A stretch of DNA of 64,000 nucleotides from NCBI RefSeq assembly GCF_033153115.1, contig NW_026889751.1, positions 2,108,001 to 2,172,000 of the forward strand. The letters run 5' to 3'. Source of the DNA: Saccostrea echinata. Its lineage: Eukaryota. Positions 39,087 through 53,200 of this stretch are shown here, in pieces. Numbering within the stretch: position 1 is the stretch's first letter; each line of letters begins with the position of its first letter. The notes beneath the pieces are model-generated. The model ran no database searches and was not told the DNA's origin. It was given only the letters and a program-made list of their open reading frames with translations. A program made the position numbers and the translations under genes.

Positions 39087-39839
39087 AAATCGTGTTCATG
39101 CTTCAAAGAGATTTTTTGCCTAAATGATTTGAGAAATCCTACTTTTATATTTTAATTTTTATTGTGCTTTCGTATGAAATCCATTGTAACAAATAAATTT
39201 TGCTAAACTTAATGTTTTATATCTCCCTGGTGTTTTATGGAGTATAACAGAAATCAAATAGAATGCAATTTCAAAAAAGAAGATATTTAATTAAATTATC
39301 AAGATTTGTCTGAACCAAATTCTGCACCAAGAGCACAGCAAAGTCTTACACATGAGAAATGTTTAGATTCATGAGTGTAGTAAGTGTTCTGAGGAGCAGA
39401 TGTATCGTAGATGGCATATTTATTAAAAGCTTGTTGGATAGTCATCTGATAATGGTTGATCAAAATATGATCTAAACTTAGAAATAAAACTAGTACCAAA
39501 TCCCATGTAATCACTGAATTATACAAAACGGCAATATATATGCTAAATAACAAGAACTCAGTCATTTGACGTTCAATAAATTGGAGCAAAATTGATTTTT
39601 GAAGAAAAAATAGATCAAAGGTCATGTAAAAGTCAGTAACACTAATATTATACGAAAAGCAATACACGACAGTTGCCAGAAGTTGGTGTAGTGTGGTAAT
39701 TATACTTGTAGTTTCTAAAGAAAGTTTGAGTATATTGTTGTTATCCTGGTCTGTTCCTCCGACCCTGTCAGGCTATCTTCTTCCTCAATTTTCTATTACA
39801 TTTAAAGCAATAGCCTATTCATTTTTTGAATTTGACTGG

Positions 39840-40470
39840 GGATGTCCTATGGAACTTCAATAACCTAGGGGACTAATTGTGGTTAAAATCAAACAAAGTT
39901 TTTTTTTCTACGAAATCCTGGTTCCCAGAACTCCTCCTATATTTTTAGCAGTAGCCAGGTCATATTTTACAATATGATTGGTGAAGTCCTGTAGCTGTTC
40001 CATAAGGTTTCAGAATTTTCCGATTCACCACTGAAACCATGGGGGGGGGGGGGGGGTCGAAAAACAACGTTTTTGTTATTATTGAAGTATTTTCTGGAAT
40101 ATGATATAGTGAAGTCCGGTAGCTATGAGTATTCAAATTCACGATTTGGGGAATCAAAAACAATGCTTCTCTAAAATAAAATTCTGGTTTTAAGAATTCC
40201 TCTGGCATTTTATACGATAACTAAAGCATCTCTTGGAATACGATTTGTGGTGTCCTGCAGATGTGCAACAAGGTTTCAGGAGTTTCATTTTACTAGGGGA
40301 GGCCATTTGGGGGCAAAAAACCCTATTTTTTTCTACAACAACCTTGTTCCCAGAACTCCTTTATTATTTTACACAGTAGCAAACTCTTCTTTTAGAATAT
40401 GTATGTATAGCAGTACAATATACATGTATACTAGTATAATTACTGGTGTCCTGTAGATGTGCATTTTCAT
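39840..40470. repeat. Degenerate tandem repeat or transposon relic
   Basis: Recurrent GTCCTG(T/C)AGATGTGCA..AAGGTTTCAG and TTTTCTAC..TTCCCAGAACTCCT blocks near 39905, 39985, 40250, 40330 and 40445. Confidence 0.5.
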
Positions 40471-41998
40471 TTTTTTGAATTTCAGACTGATAATGAATTC
40501 ATCATATGAAATATAAATTTAAGAGACCAAAGGGCCACATGCTCACCTAAGTATTTGTGTTCAATTTGATACCTTTATATTTTATATATGTAAATCATAT
40601 AACTATTGTGGCTTCTTCACTAGTATCCTGACATGAAGGAGAGCTTGTATATACTTAGACAAAAACATTTTCGTGGGAGCAGTAATTCTTACATTGTATG
40701 TTATTATAACTTCTTGAGTTATGTTTTCGCTTTATGATACAGTCCTGTGACAACTTGTTCAAAATTGTGTATTTACTCCAATCCAGCACATTCAAAATTT
40801 AGAACATGACACTAGCATCAAAGGGGAGGATGAATAATTACCAAAATGATAACTTATCTGTTCATTTTCCTTTTACCTTGTATAAAAGTAAACGTAAACT
40901 TGCATAGAACAGGGGCCCGTTTTTGAACAAAAAACACGCCTAGAATCAATAATTTCAGTGTTTTCAAACATCTTGCCTTCCTTTTGTTTTTTAAATAAAA
41001 ATATCCCCCCCCCCCAAATATTTTCCCGTAGTCTTAACAATATACCTTTTCAAATTAATTAAAAGAAGAAAATTATTGAAAAAACAAATACATATTTTTG
41101 ATCTTAGTCTTAGATTCTTTTACGCAAGACTAAATATTCTATTAAACAAAACAACGTATATCAATTTTGAATTCAAAGGAAAGCTTGAAAATTAACTTAT
41201 TAAAGTATGGTAACAAATTTCTTAATTAGACATGTACTAATCTTCTACAACCCCTACGACAGCATCTTTTTCAATAAATTCTTAACGTACAAATAAACGA
41301 TAAAACGGGTACATACACTAATAAGAAAGGACACAATGGATCTCCTTGCATTGCTCCATGTCTGTGTTACCTAGGAACAGTTTCATTACTATAAAACTAT
41401 TACATTGCACAAGTATCTTTTATACTACTGTATATCACGTTTCAAGGTTTCCCCCTCCTTTTATATTATCTTTTTTTTTCTTTTTCCGATATTTTTTTCA
41501 TAATTGGCAATCAACAATCAAATTAACAAACATTTTATGAATGAGAACTTTTATTGCCTTAATTGGCGATGACGAAATGTCGCCATGTACATGTATCTAG
41601 TTTTGGTATGTGATCGTCTGCTTTCCTGGTGATTTTTGACAGATCTTACGAAATTCCAAATAGTCATACGTTTGTTTTTACAGCATGCGTACTTCCCTTT
41701 AACGTGGGCCGTGTGATGTATTTCTAATATACCCACACCTCTATCATTCAGGGATTGGGGTTATAACACGATATATAGATAAATATACCCACCAATACAC
41801 AGATTCATATTCTCCTGACATAAACAAACACCAAAACATACATGTCAATTAAATCACGATCATAATTAGTAAGTGGATGTTTGTAAACAATTCTGGATTT
41901 TGCAGATCTGTGTATTAGACAAAAACAACAGGGATGTATTCATGAGGAATAATTAAAGATACATATTATTTTTCTGTTTTTCGCTCATAAAGTTTTCA

Positions 41999-42918
41999 AT
42001 GGCAGTACTTACGACAATGAGCATTCTTTTGCTGTGTTGTTTGTTATGTTTTGTGTATGTCGATTCATTTCTCTATGCTTCTGTTCCTTGGACTGTAATA
42101 ATTTTCGATGACATCGAAAACGATGCATCTGGGAACTATTACACGCCGTTCATGGAAAATCGACCCTTGGGGCCAGTGAACAACAGGAGGAGGAGACCCC
42201 CACCTCCTGTAGGCAACTTGAGACCCCCGATTCCCATGGGCAACTTGAGACCTCTGCAAAGGATGGCTCCAAACAATATGAACATTCCCAGACGGGAAGC
42301 GGTTACACCCGTAAATACTGTCAAGTACATCTCTCCATACCCTAGGTAATAATGATTTCAGTAACAGATATGGTTAGATAGTCCTTAATTCTTTTTGCTT
42401 TGTGTTTTTCGTAAATTGATGAAACATTTGGTACATCACTTTTTCAGTACACCTTATTGTCCTGTTGGACAACAGTACGTTTATTTGCCGCCCACTCTGG
42501 ATGGTGATGCTGTAGCGTCGATCTGTCCCCTGAACAATCCTGTGCATCCCTTATGTAGATGCCAAACAGGTGCGAGATTTTATAGATATTTATTTATGAT
42601 TGGAAACTTAAAGTTCATCAATATTTACCAATCAATTTATCTCTTCCGATTTTATAAATATTCTTTTACAAATTCTTTGCATCAATTTGTCTTCTCCTTG
42701 CAGGGTGTCGACATAAAAACTTCTTTATCCCCTATGGCACGTCAATAATGGTTGATAAATGTGGAAACAAATGCTACTGTAATAGCTTAAATGGAGAGGT
42801 AGGCTTTCATTAGGCCCCAATATTTATCATAAATCAACTGAAAATCAAAGAGATTATATATATGTGTTAATTGTTCTTTTACGTCTTGCAGGTGGAATGC
42901 GAATTCGACAGTTGTTAA
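41999..42918 (+). CDS. Cluster gene E: secreted ~196 aa Pro/Arg-rich protein with a 10-Cys variant of the module
   Basis: Exons 41999-42345, 42448-42569, 42704-42798, 42892-42918 (phases 2,1,0). Signal MAVLTTMSILLLCCLLCFVYVDS. Module: YPSTPYCPVGQQYVYLPPTLDGDAVASICPLNNPVHPLCRCQTGCRHKNFFIPYGTSIMVDKCGNKCYCNSLNGEVECEFDSC*. AATAAA near 43090. Confidence 0.92.
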
Positions 42919-43964
42919 GGGACACTTCTTTGCTGTGCTTCCGTAAATGCTAGTCGGAAATTACATATCTGAACTGAAATAATAGTGCTAACACTAGATT
43001 TTTTGACAAGTTCAAGTTGTGAAATCTGACTGGTTTTCTGTGTATCTTTTATAAAGAACTTTAAAATGTTTTTGTATTCCAAAGAGTTTAATAAAATGTT
43101 TTTGCAGTTAGAACACTTTTTTAAATATTAATCTTAATCAAGATGGTGGAGTGCAAATTTATACGCTGAAAAATTCTAACGACAAAAGAAATGCAATGTA
43201 ATGCAAAGACAGTGCTGTGTATATCCTGACTTTGCAGACTTACTTTTAAAAAAACCTTCTAGACAGGTCTATCAAAGTTTCGTCTTTTCAATTTTTTGTA
43301 ATAATTCTTGAAACATTTCATATGTTCATTGTGAATATATATGTTTTAAAGCTTAGAATTTTACTTGGTTCAAAGTTGCAATTTTTATTTTAATTTTGAT
43401 CTTTCGGGGTAGGTGGGGTGGGATGGGTTGGGGTGGTATTTTTTTAAACCCAGACATGTTTACATTTAAGCACAATAAAGGAGTTCAAAGCAGAAAAAAA
43501 TGCTGAATAGGATGAACTTCCCAACCCCGTCAACAGGCCGCCTCTTTACACATCACACGTAAGTGGTCAAATGGCCATACCTAGAATAAACCAACCTTAC
43601 TAACAGTTAAGTCATTTCCTGGGGTAAATCTTTACCTCTAGGCTATGGGAAAACATCTATGTATTGCTGAACATTCCGCAGGCCGCTTGTCACAGAAAAA
43701 ATCCTTGTAACCATCTTTATGATTGGATGGTCATAAACGAGCAGCCAATGGTACATGTCCTCTCTTTTTTCAAGATATAAGCGTGTGTGGCGTTACGTAG
43801 TCCGTCAATTCTGATTGATGGACATAATTTAATAGAAATCGGAACATGTGTTGACGTCTTATAGTTCTCATACCCACACTTTAAACGTCATTTCTTCCTT
43901 ATATATACTCAAAAAACTGTCAACAAATGCATATTGTATTTTGATAGTCCAATCAGCTAGGACA

Positions 43965-45050
43965 ATGAAGTTAGAAATAATTGTTTGCCTTTTGTGTTTA
44001 TTATCTTTAACACATGCTTACTCTTACAAAAGGAGAAAAAATTGTGTGAAACGACCTTTGCCATATCCTCCGACTTATCATTACTACAGACCAAGGTTTC
44101 CTCCAATGCCATTCCCAAGATGGCCCCAGTGGAACGTGCCCGCTCCAACTCCTGTGGCCATGAAGTTTTTTGAGGTTGGAGGACAACCTGCGCCACCAAA
44201 CACTGACCAGATCCTACCTTTGTTTCCCCAGCCCCAGCCGCCAATTGACGTCAAACCTGTCATCCCGGATAACTCCGGACCCGTGATCGTAAATCCGGTG
44301 AATCCGATTATAGAAGATTCCGGACCCCTTCGTGGAGATCTTGCTCCTGCTCGTGATATTGTACCACCTGCACTGAATGGTAAACCTTGCAATGCCATGT
44401 GAGTAATAGGAAGTATTTTAGGTTTACTCTTTGGTGTGTTTTACAACAGTTCTCCATTATACCAGGAAGAATGATTTATAAATAGGTTTTTTTTTTGATT
44501 TCTTTTGTTCAGGAGTAATAATTGTGCCATGGGAGAAGTTTGTATGTATATTGACCAGTCAGTAGGAAATAGCTTTGTTTGTCCCTCGGCGACTGCAGTG
44601 TCATGTACTTGCCAACCAGGTAAAATTCTAACTGATACACTGTCTCCATTCTCTGCTTAACACTTGTCCCATTCCTCCCACACAAAAAAAATTCCTATTC
44701 TAACAGATTAGCCTAATTCCGAGCACTCTGTCTTAAATTCTTAACCTCTAACAATTAACTCCTCTAAATTTGCACGTAAGTAGATACATTAATAACGATC
44801 ACTTCGTGGCGTTATACAGGGTGTCGGCATGGGGACCTATTTATTTCACTCGGTAATACGGTGTTGGTGGATCAGTGCGGAAGCAAATGTTCTTGTATGT
44901 CGTTGTATGGAACAGTAAGTTAATCATCTAGTCATTGTTCTGTGCATAATCGCTTTCCCGATTCCCAAAGTTAATATTTCTAAATTGTGGTGTTTATTTA
45001 CAATCTCTCTATTTTATTTACAGGTCAGCTGTGACAAAAAAGCTTGTTAG
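43965..45050 (+). CDS. Cluster gene F: secreted ~220 aa Pro-rich protein with 12-Cys module
   Basis: Exons 43965-44398, 44513-44619, 44820-44914, 45024-45050 (phases 2,1,0). Signal MKLEIIVCLLCLLSLTHA. Module: CNAMSNNCAMGEVCMYIDQSVGNSFVCPSATAVSCTCQPGCRHGDLFISLGNTVLVDQCGSKCSCMSLYGTVSCDKKAC*. AATAAA near 45143. Confidence 0.93.
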
Positions 45051-45430
45051 TCCAATCATTCTAATTTTTACTCTATGGATCAAGAGAAAGCCAAAGATTT
45101 ATGTAAACCGTTTTTGAAACTGTAATCATGTTAAACATATTTAATAAATTATATGTAATATAATACAACTTGTTATTGATGGTTGAAAAAAAAAATGAAG
45201 TAATTTATAAACGATAAAATTTGATGATACTTTTAATGCATGTATTATCATAATAATTATTAGTTTGATTAACCAAAAATACTTTTAGTCTCCGAAATTA
45301 TCAAATAAATGGTACATAAAATGATAATACACCTTACGGAAGTGGACAAATCAGATCTAACGCTTACGCAACTGATTACAGGATCCAAAAAAGGGGACAA
45401 AAGACACTAAAATTAAGTATTAACGTTTTC

Positions 45431-45630
45431 TACTGTTGAATCATTGTTTGTGGGGGATCAATGTTCGTTGTTCAACACACGAATTACATCCTCTTGAACA
45501 ATCTTTGTCAGCATATCGTTTCATTGAATCTTCTGTAGACAGTAAGCTCCCCGCGAAATTATGTCCCCACGAACCATTAAAATTTTAGTTGCCCACGAAC
45601 ATTGACCCTCCTTGAATTAAAATAATCTAT
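45431..45630. mobile_element. Degenerate Tc1/mariner-type MITE
   Basis: TACTGTTGAATCATT..GGGGATCAATGTTCG pairs imperfectly with CGAACATTGACCCTC..; starts at TA. Confidence 0.45.
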
Positions 45631-47274
45631 TATATTTCAACATTAACCAAAAATGTTCAAATGAAGAATCCATGAACAGAATTCACTATTGCTTACATTT
45701 GGGAAAAGTACATGTAAATAATGTGTCAATTTAAAATTCAACTAGGCCTAATGAAATACATTGTATTGAAAATGGTTAATTACAAATTGAGTAACATAAG
45801 TAAATTTCAATTTATTTTAGATCTAAGGACAGATCACTCTAACATCATAAAATACAATTAAATATCTTTTGTGTGAAGTGTATGAAGTGTTCTTAAGTGC
45901 ATACTTTACTTTCTTATTAAACACTTTCTGAATTTTCGAAGGAAAAACCAACATCAAACAACTTTTCTCAATATTTTAATTTTTAAATAACATTTAACTA
46001 CTCTCATTTTTCTGTCTACGCTCAAAACTTCAACAAACAACATGCATATTTTAAGTAAAAATGACTTCCCCTCATTTTTCTACGACATCCCGTATACACT
46101 GGTACAACCTTTAAAGTTTTGCAAACTTCACAGGCAAGTAGGCATTCGTTGGAGTCATGCATATATGCACCAGATTCGGTTCTATATCTAGCGTATGATA
46201 ATACTGTTATCAATATATTTACCTATTTCATTTAGAAACATCATTATATGAGAAATTTGTCGATACTTTACCAACATTTTTTTCTACAAGCCATACATGT
46301 AACATTAGCAAAAACTCTTTCTAGCCCATAAACAGTCCAATAACCGGTCCTACATGAACGATAACACTTTTTTCATAAAATTCAAAAAAATTCTAACATG
46401 ATGAATTTCAATACTGTAGCGATAGTGTAGTGTTTCTTTACTACGTCATTATAAAATGTAAAATGGATATGATTATGAAAAAAATATAACAATACGACAC
46501 TGAGCATAAATGTAAAATAAATATTATTCCTATAGCATCCTCAAATTAACCATATGAATCAGCAACCACGTGGTCAGAACCAATATCACATTTTACAACA
46601 TTAAATAAATAAAGAAGTAATGTTTACTTCCTAGAAAAATGGAAACACAACATAAAATGTTTACATCGTAAAATGAAATTATGCCTCTTTATCACAAAAA
46701 CTTGAACAATTACAGAATCGCAATTTAAAATTATAAACATGTATTTGTAAGGAAAGAAAAAGTCAATAATTTAGCCATCAATCATTAAATACAACGGAAA
46801 TTTAAAAGAAACAAATCTTTTGAATAACAGGCTAAATAAAAAGTAAATAAAAATAAATCTTATATGAATTCAAGTTAAGAATAAAATTAAAATTCTATTC
46901 TGGCAAGTTACATATTAAAATATCACAGTGCAAAATAAATACATGTGAATGGAGAAAGGACGGAATCTATGTACAAATATATAAATAAATTGCTAATATC
47001 ACAGTTTTATCAAATTTCAATAGTGAAATAAAATGGAATGTGCTACATTTGCTATAAATCATAAAAGACAATTATACTAGTAAATTCTAAGATATTTTAA
47101 AACTTTTTATAGAATCACTAGCATTTAGAACTTCAAAACCTATACGTTGTAGAATTGCTAGTAGGTCAATTTGTTTTGATACATTTATGATTGCATTGAG
47201 GAGGATGAAAAATACAATATTCTAAGAGTTAAAAAGGGAATCATCCTAACTTGGAAGTAAACGACAGTCTTTGA

Positions 47275-50200
47275 TCAGATCTGGCATTTCTTTTCGCAGC
47301 TGCGGCACACATCAGCTTGAAACTGGGAGACCTATTTAGAATGGAAAATATTAATACATTCGTTAATTTACAAATTTTCTTACTTCTTTAATTCAATTTT
47401 AAAATAACTTTTATCATGCATTTGTTATTAAACATTTACATGCAATATAAACAAAAATAAAAATTTAAAATTATCCCCAAAAAACTTTTAAGAGTGAAAG
47501 AGACTGTCAAACAAAACTATATAATCATTTTGATGTTTCACGCGGAATTAGGTTCGATAACTCTTGTACCTTCAGTCTTGTTCCCTGATGCTTCCTACGA
47601 AGTTTGTTATACCGAGCCCGACATACGTCACACTCAACGCAATCTTCCATGTCAAAGCGAATAGTTTTTCTGCCAACAAGAACATTTCTCATTTTTTTCT
47701 CTCTTTCCAAAATCAATCACACAGTCAACATTGAACCAATCCGTTTTTCAATGAAAATGCCATGTTGTAACATAGCTTTCTACTCAGTTATGAATTTTTT
47801 GACTGTATACATGACCAAACATGATTTTCAATGAAATAAAGACATGGCCCAGTGTATCCCCGTCTGATTAAGTACGCACGAAGCTTTGTTTGACAACCCT
47901 TTCACCTTGCAGCTGTTACTTTGCAGACTTTCAATCACAACATTAATCTTTAATTCAAAACAAAATTCCGCCACCTTTTAACATTAATATGTATGTTATA
48001 ATATATATATGTTATAATAATCATTTTAGTATTGTATGCCCCGGCCGCACAATCAATGTTTGAATGCATCCTTACTTTTCCCCTTTTGCATCCATTATTC
48101 CACAACAGATTCAATGCGTTCCTTCCTTTTCACAAGAAAAAGGAAAAAAATCTTTGAAAGAAGCTGTTTAACAATTCAACAGTTCATTTTCTTGCTAATA
48201 AAGCATTGCTGCAGCCGAATCATAGTGTTTCCCTACCATCTACAAACCTATAGGGAGCATGGTTACATTGAGTTTACTATATGGCCACGGTTCGTCCAAA
48301 GCCATGTTGTTTGGTGTATTTTGCTACAAGAATATCTGCATATCTCCTCTCCTCTTCCGTTAACAATGGTGGACTTCCACTATTGGAAGAGAATATTGGT
48401 CAACCCGGATACATAGGAATTAAAGCAAAGGGGGTTTTCTTGAATACACATGGGGAGAAGTTAGAAACCATAATCCATCAACATAGCAATTCAACACTTC
48501 CATTTTTGCTTGATAAGTTATCAAATAAATTAATGAAGATAGCTACAGAATTTTGGATTATGTTTTCGAAATGGATATGCAGTTCCAGGTTCGCGCATCT
48601 AACACAGAATTGCACCTGTCGGCCTTCAAAAAAACCTTTCAATGTATACATGTATGTACCTGAATCTAGACCCTGTACGATCAATTAATTACCACTTGAA
48701 CAAAACATTTTTAATGAGTGCATAATTTACGTGAAGAAAAATATAATCAAATGAAATGTTGGTTAAAGTAACAAAATATACTGCGTGATTAGTCAACACA
48801 TGCAAAGTTCTGTGTAAATGCGATCAAACATAGAACAGCACAGCAGCGCAAGCACATGCAAAATTAGTAGAAATATGTACAGGTAAATCATCTATGAAGA
48901 AGTTTATATGGATGTGAAAACGAACCTTTCTTGACACCAAAGATTCAAAATTAAGTACCAGTTTTTGCAAATCGCACCTGTATGCCTTTTTTAAAAATGG
49001 TCAAGAAAGCCTCGTTTAGGATACGTAATATGGGATACACTAAAAGGAAGTGAATAGATAGATGTTCCAAATATATTAACTAAATAACGGTGATCTATAG
49101 TAATCATTTTCACCTTTTAATAACTAGTATCATCTGAAATTAGCAACATGCCAAATCTAAATTTTATTACTTCAGGTAACTTTATGTATTACTCGAGGTA
49201 TTACTGAACGATTAAATTGTAGATGATTGATTCAGAAAATATAAGCTAGTACATACACTGTACATATATAAAACAGTCAATGAATCCAGATCCCTTAAGA
49301 TATCAAATTTCTACAGAATATACCCCCGCCAAACACATATGTTTACTAATTTACAGCATTAAAAACATTTTCTAACTAATATCAACCCCTTTAACCGTTA
49401 AATATCCAGCACCATCAATACGACATAAGTCCCCCTCCCATTCTCTTCGCCAAAGATGAACAGATGTGAATTCAGTACTTACAATGGCTGATGTTGATAT
49501 CTTATTGGAGTTACTGGTCTAACTGGTGATAACTCGTCGTCGAAAATTTCCCTGGCGGTGCGGAGAGAGCCGCTCCGCTTCAGTCCTGAAGAGTAAATGG
49601 GTTTTGTGGGAGATGAACACGTCTTGCTGCCGTCATAAGGTTTGTATGTGTATGAGGACCCGTGAGAACCGATTTCTTTCGTGGGAGTTCTAACGGGACT
49701 TCGAGTTGGAGAGACTGACTGTGAGCCGTATGAGCGCCGATGAGCGCTATTAATTCCTTCTTTAATACTTAAGTTGGTTTCGCTTTTAGCGTTTTTGAGG
49801 ATGCTTCTGATGTTAGCATTATTTCGTTGTGGTGAAACGGATGAGCCATAGGAAGACCGCGTGGGTCCGTAGCTGGAAGACCGATATGGAGGTCCATAGT
49901 CATCAGTATTGTAGTAACGATTACAGCTCTCTTGTTGGACGGCATACTCCAGAGCCTTCATAAACGTTTTGTCGCCGTTTGGACTCTGTAAATCATACCG
50001 ACTTGGTCTTTGGTACTCCTCTTTATAGCGATTGTCAATAGGAGATTCTACAATACATTCAATTGTTTCCTTTGTATTGTCGTATCGAGTGTTTCTAGGG
50101 GATATAACATAAGACCTCTGAGGTCTGATGGCATCATTAGAGTTCATTAAATATGGACTATAAACTAAATGTCTCTTTGCTGGCTTCTCCTCGCTAAAAT

Positions 50201-53200
50201 TTCTTCCTTTTGGACTCCTGCTGCGACTGGGACTGTTTGATCTTATTGTTGGACTCTTTCTCAAATCTTTTTTTGGAGTTCGCTGAATATAGTCATCCTG
50301 TTCATCTTTATCTTCGTCAAATCTACCGATTGGTCGTTTAATGAAATATCTTTGAACTTCCAGATCATCTACTGAGTCATCGTCTGCTTCTCCAACAGAT
50401 GAATTGAAGTTTGATTTATAAGACTGTGACCTTCTGTGAGGGTAAATTTCATGGCGAGCTGAATTAGGGGGAGACATTTCATCGTATCCACTTTCTCTTC
50501 CAACAGAGATGGGAGTGGATCTTCCTGAAGTATAAGAACTAGGTTTCTGAGGTGATGATTGGAAGGTATCATCATAAAAGCGCCGAGAACTGCCAGCTGA
50601 TTCGGAGCGGGATCTGTAGGTAGGAGTTGATGTCATTTTGACATCTGTAGGGATTTCTCTTCTTCTAGGAGTCAGAAAAGAATCTTTTGTAAATCCATTT
50701 GGTTGGCCTTTGATGGTGTATCCATTTACTGGCTCTTCAAAGTCCTCTTCCTCTTCTTCATCATCATCATCATAAAGGCCGTTTTCTATATATTTTCCAA
50801 TAATCCCACTAACTTTGGATAGTTGACCTTGTTTCTGAAATTTTGATAATTCCCAGAATAATTGCTTTCTTTCTTTCCTGGCATCATCGAGGATGTTTTT
50901 GAGATCGTTGATGATGCTCTGTTGCTTTCCAGTAAGTTTCTTTTCCCTTGCCAAATCCTACAAAAAACAAATATGAATACGTGTACAGGTATTATTTATA
51001 CAGTGCATTTGAAAAATTGAAAAAGGCTAGACTAAAATAAAAATTCATTCTCATCAGAAAACAAAAGTTATTACTGGTATCATACCTCTTTGAGTTCTGT
51101 ATTTTCTCTCTGTGTATTTGCTAAAATGTTTTTGAAATTATCCCTTTCCTCAGTCAGGGACTGAAGTGTAGGAATGTCTTTTTTGGAGCTGCCAGCTAGC
51201 AAGTTTCTTGTTTGCTCCAGTTCAGCCTCCAGGTCATCAATGCTGGATTTAGCTGCCTGTAACTGTTTCTCAGTTTCTCGAAGTCTTTCCTCTGTACTTT
51301 CATTTCTTGTTTTTTCTTTCTCTAATTGTGTTCTCAATTCCATGTTTTCTGCCTGGGACCTTGAAAGATGAGCTCTACAATCATTTAGTACATCATTAGT
51401 TTTCTCCATTTTTTCTGTCATTTCAACATTTGAATTTTTCAACTTTGCTTGTAAAATGTCATTTTCTGTAATGGCAGTGGCAAGAGCTTGTTTCAGTTCT
51501 ATAAGATCTTGATCAGATATACGTGATTTGTTTGCTAGCTTTTTCCATTTTTCTACTTTCTTAGGATCATATCCAAGATTATCTGAAGAATCAATCCCCC
51601 AGATTTCTTCAGAGACTTTCCGTATTGGACTAGAATATCCTAAACTTATAGGCTGTCCTCTTCGAGTTGGAGCAAATGTTAAATTGCCATCAGGTGCTTC
51701 AGTGATTGATAAGTCCTGCAAACTTCGTGATGTGTAAGAATCAGGTGTATACTGCTCTGGTGAAGCACTAGAGTGTAATCTTGTTTCAGACTTTGACCTC
51801 ACAGGACTAGTTTCTTCATCCTTTCGCTGTCTGAACATTCTTCCTCTTGTGTAATCTGGAGATCTGGATGATCTTCTTGGTGAAATAGGTGATCTTGGAG
51901 ATCTCGTAGGAGAAATCCGTGGTGATCTTGCTTCTGGACTCTTTGCAATCTTCTCATGGACCTGTTCAGAAAGTTGTTTGGTGAGTTTGTCAATATCTTC
52001 CAATTCCGTATCATCTGATAGATTTGACTTTTCTAAAACGTCCATTTTTAATTTTAAGAGTTCCAATTCTCGGTTGAGGACTCTCACTAATCTTCTATTT
52101 GGGTCAGTTTCCCTACTGTGTCTGCCTGGTGAAGTCACATCTGCCACTTGAGTTTCTTCAGCAGGGGATTTTGCTCTAGGAGACCTTGGAGATTTATCTC
52201 CTTTCACAGATCCTCTCTCAAGACTAGATCTTGGAGACCTTTCTAAACTTGTTCGAGGTGACCTTTCTATACTTGCTCTAGGCGACCTTTCTAAACTACT
52301 CCTAGGGGATCTTTCCTGACTAAAGTCTACAGATCTGGTAAGCCTCTCCCTGCTGAATGCTCTATCAGGACTACTTCTTTCTAGACTTGGAGATTTAGAT
52401 CTGCTTGATGACCTATCCTTCAAAATGGATTTTGGGTATGTCTCCTCCTCTAAGCCTGACCCAGGAGTCAATGAACGTGGCCTATATACTGCTGGCCTTT
52501 CTGGTGATTTTCTTTCCCTTTTTCTGTTCCTTCCAACTTGCAAATCCTTTTGTATCTTCTCTTTCAGAGGTTCCACAATATCAACTCTCGGAAATGTTCT
52601 CTGCTCTCCATCACTTTCACCAGTATTTGCTTTCCTATCTCTCAATGGTTTTGATATTTCTAAAATATTGTGACTTGTTTCAAACCCGTCACCCACAACT
52701 TCCAGAATTCCACGTTTATTTGTTGGCAAGTTTGAAAGGTCAACACTACCATCTAGTTGAGAAGCAGATGTTGCATTAGGTGCAAAGGTCACTCCCCTAC
52801 CCTCATTATCTGCTTCTCTTTGTTTGCTATGCTCACCCTCTGGTACCACATTTGGTGCAACATCATCCACAGCATTTAAATCTAGTAAATTATGAAGACC
52901 TTGAGGACTCTGGTCTCTTGGTCTGTTTGTTTCCTGATCATGGAAATTAGCCTCATGCCTGGCTTGTCGAAGAGCCTGAAGAAAGAACTGCATTTCCGGA
53001 CTTGCACTACTTCCCTGTCCAGGCACAATGAAAATAGGCATACCTCTACCTATACCTGGATAATAGTAAGGTGGAGTCATTCCAAATGTTCCTTGATAGC
53101 CTGCCTCTGCACCTATTTCTATTTCCTCCTGAGATTTTGAGTCACCTTCTTTCATACTTGACTTGTCTAAATCACTTGATGTAATTGAAAAATTATCACC

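Noticed and set aside
14135-45050. Calling the cluster mussel-type DOPA foot proteins, collagens or gel-forming mucins
   Set aside because: No Tyr/Lys decapeptide repeats (A and B nearly lack Tyr), no sustained Gly-X-Y triplets and no VWD domains; only C has a mucin-like Thr stalk.
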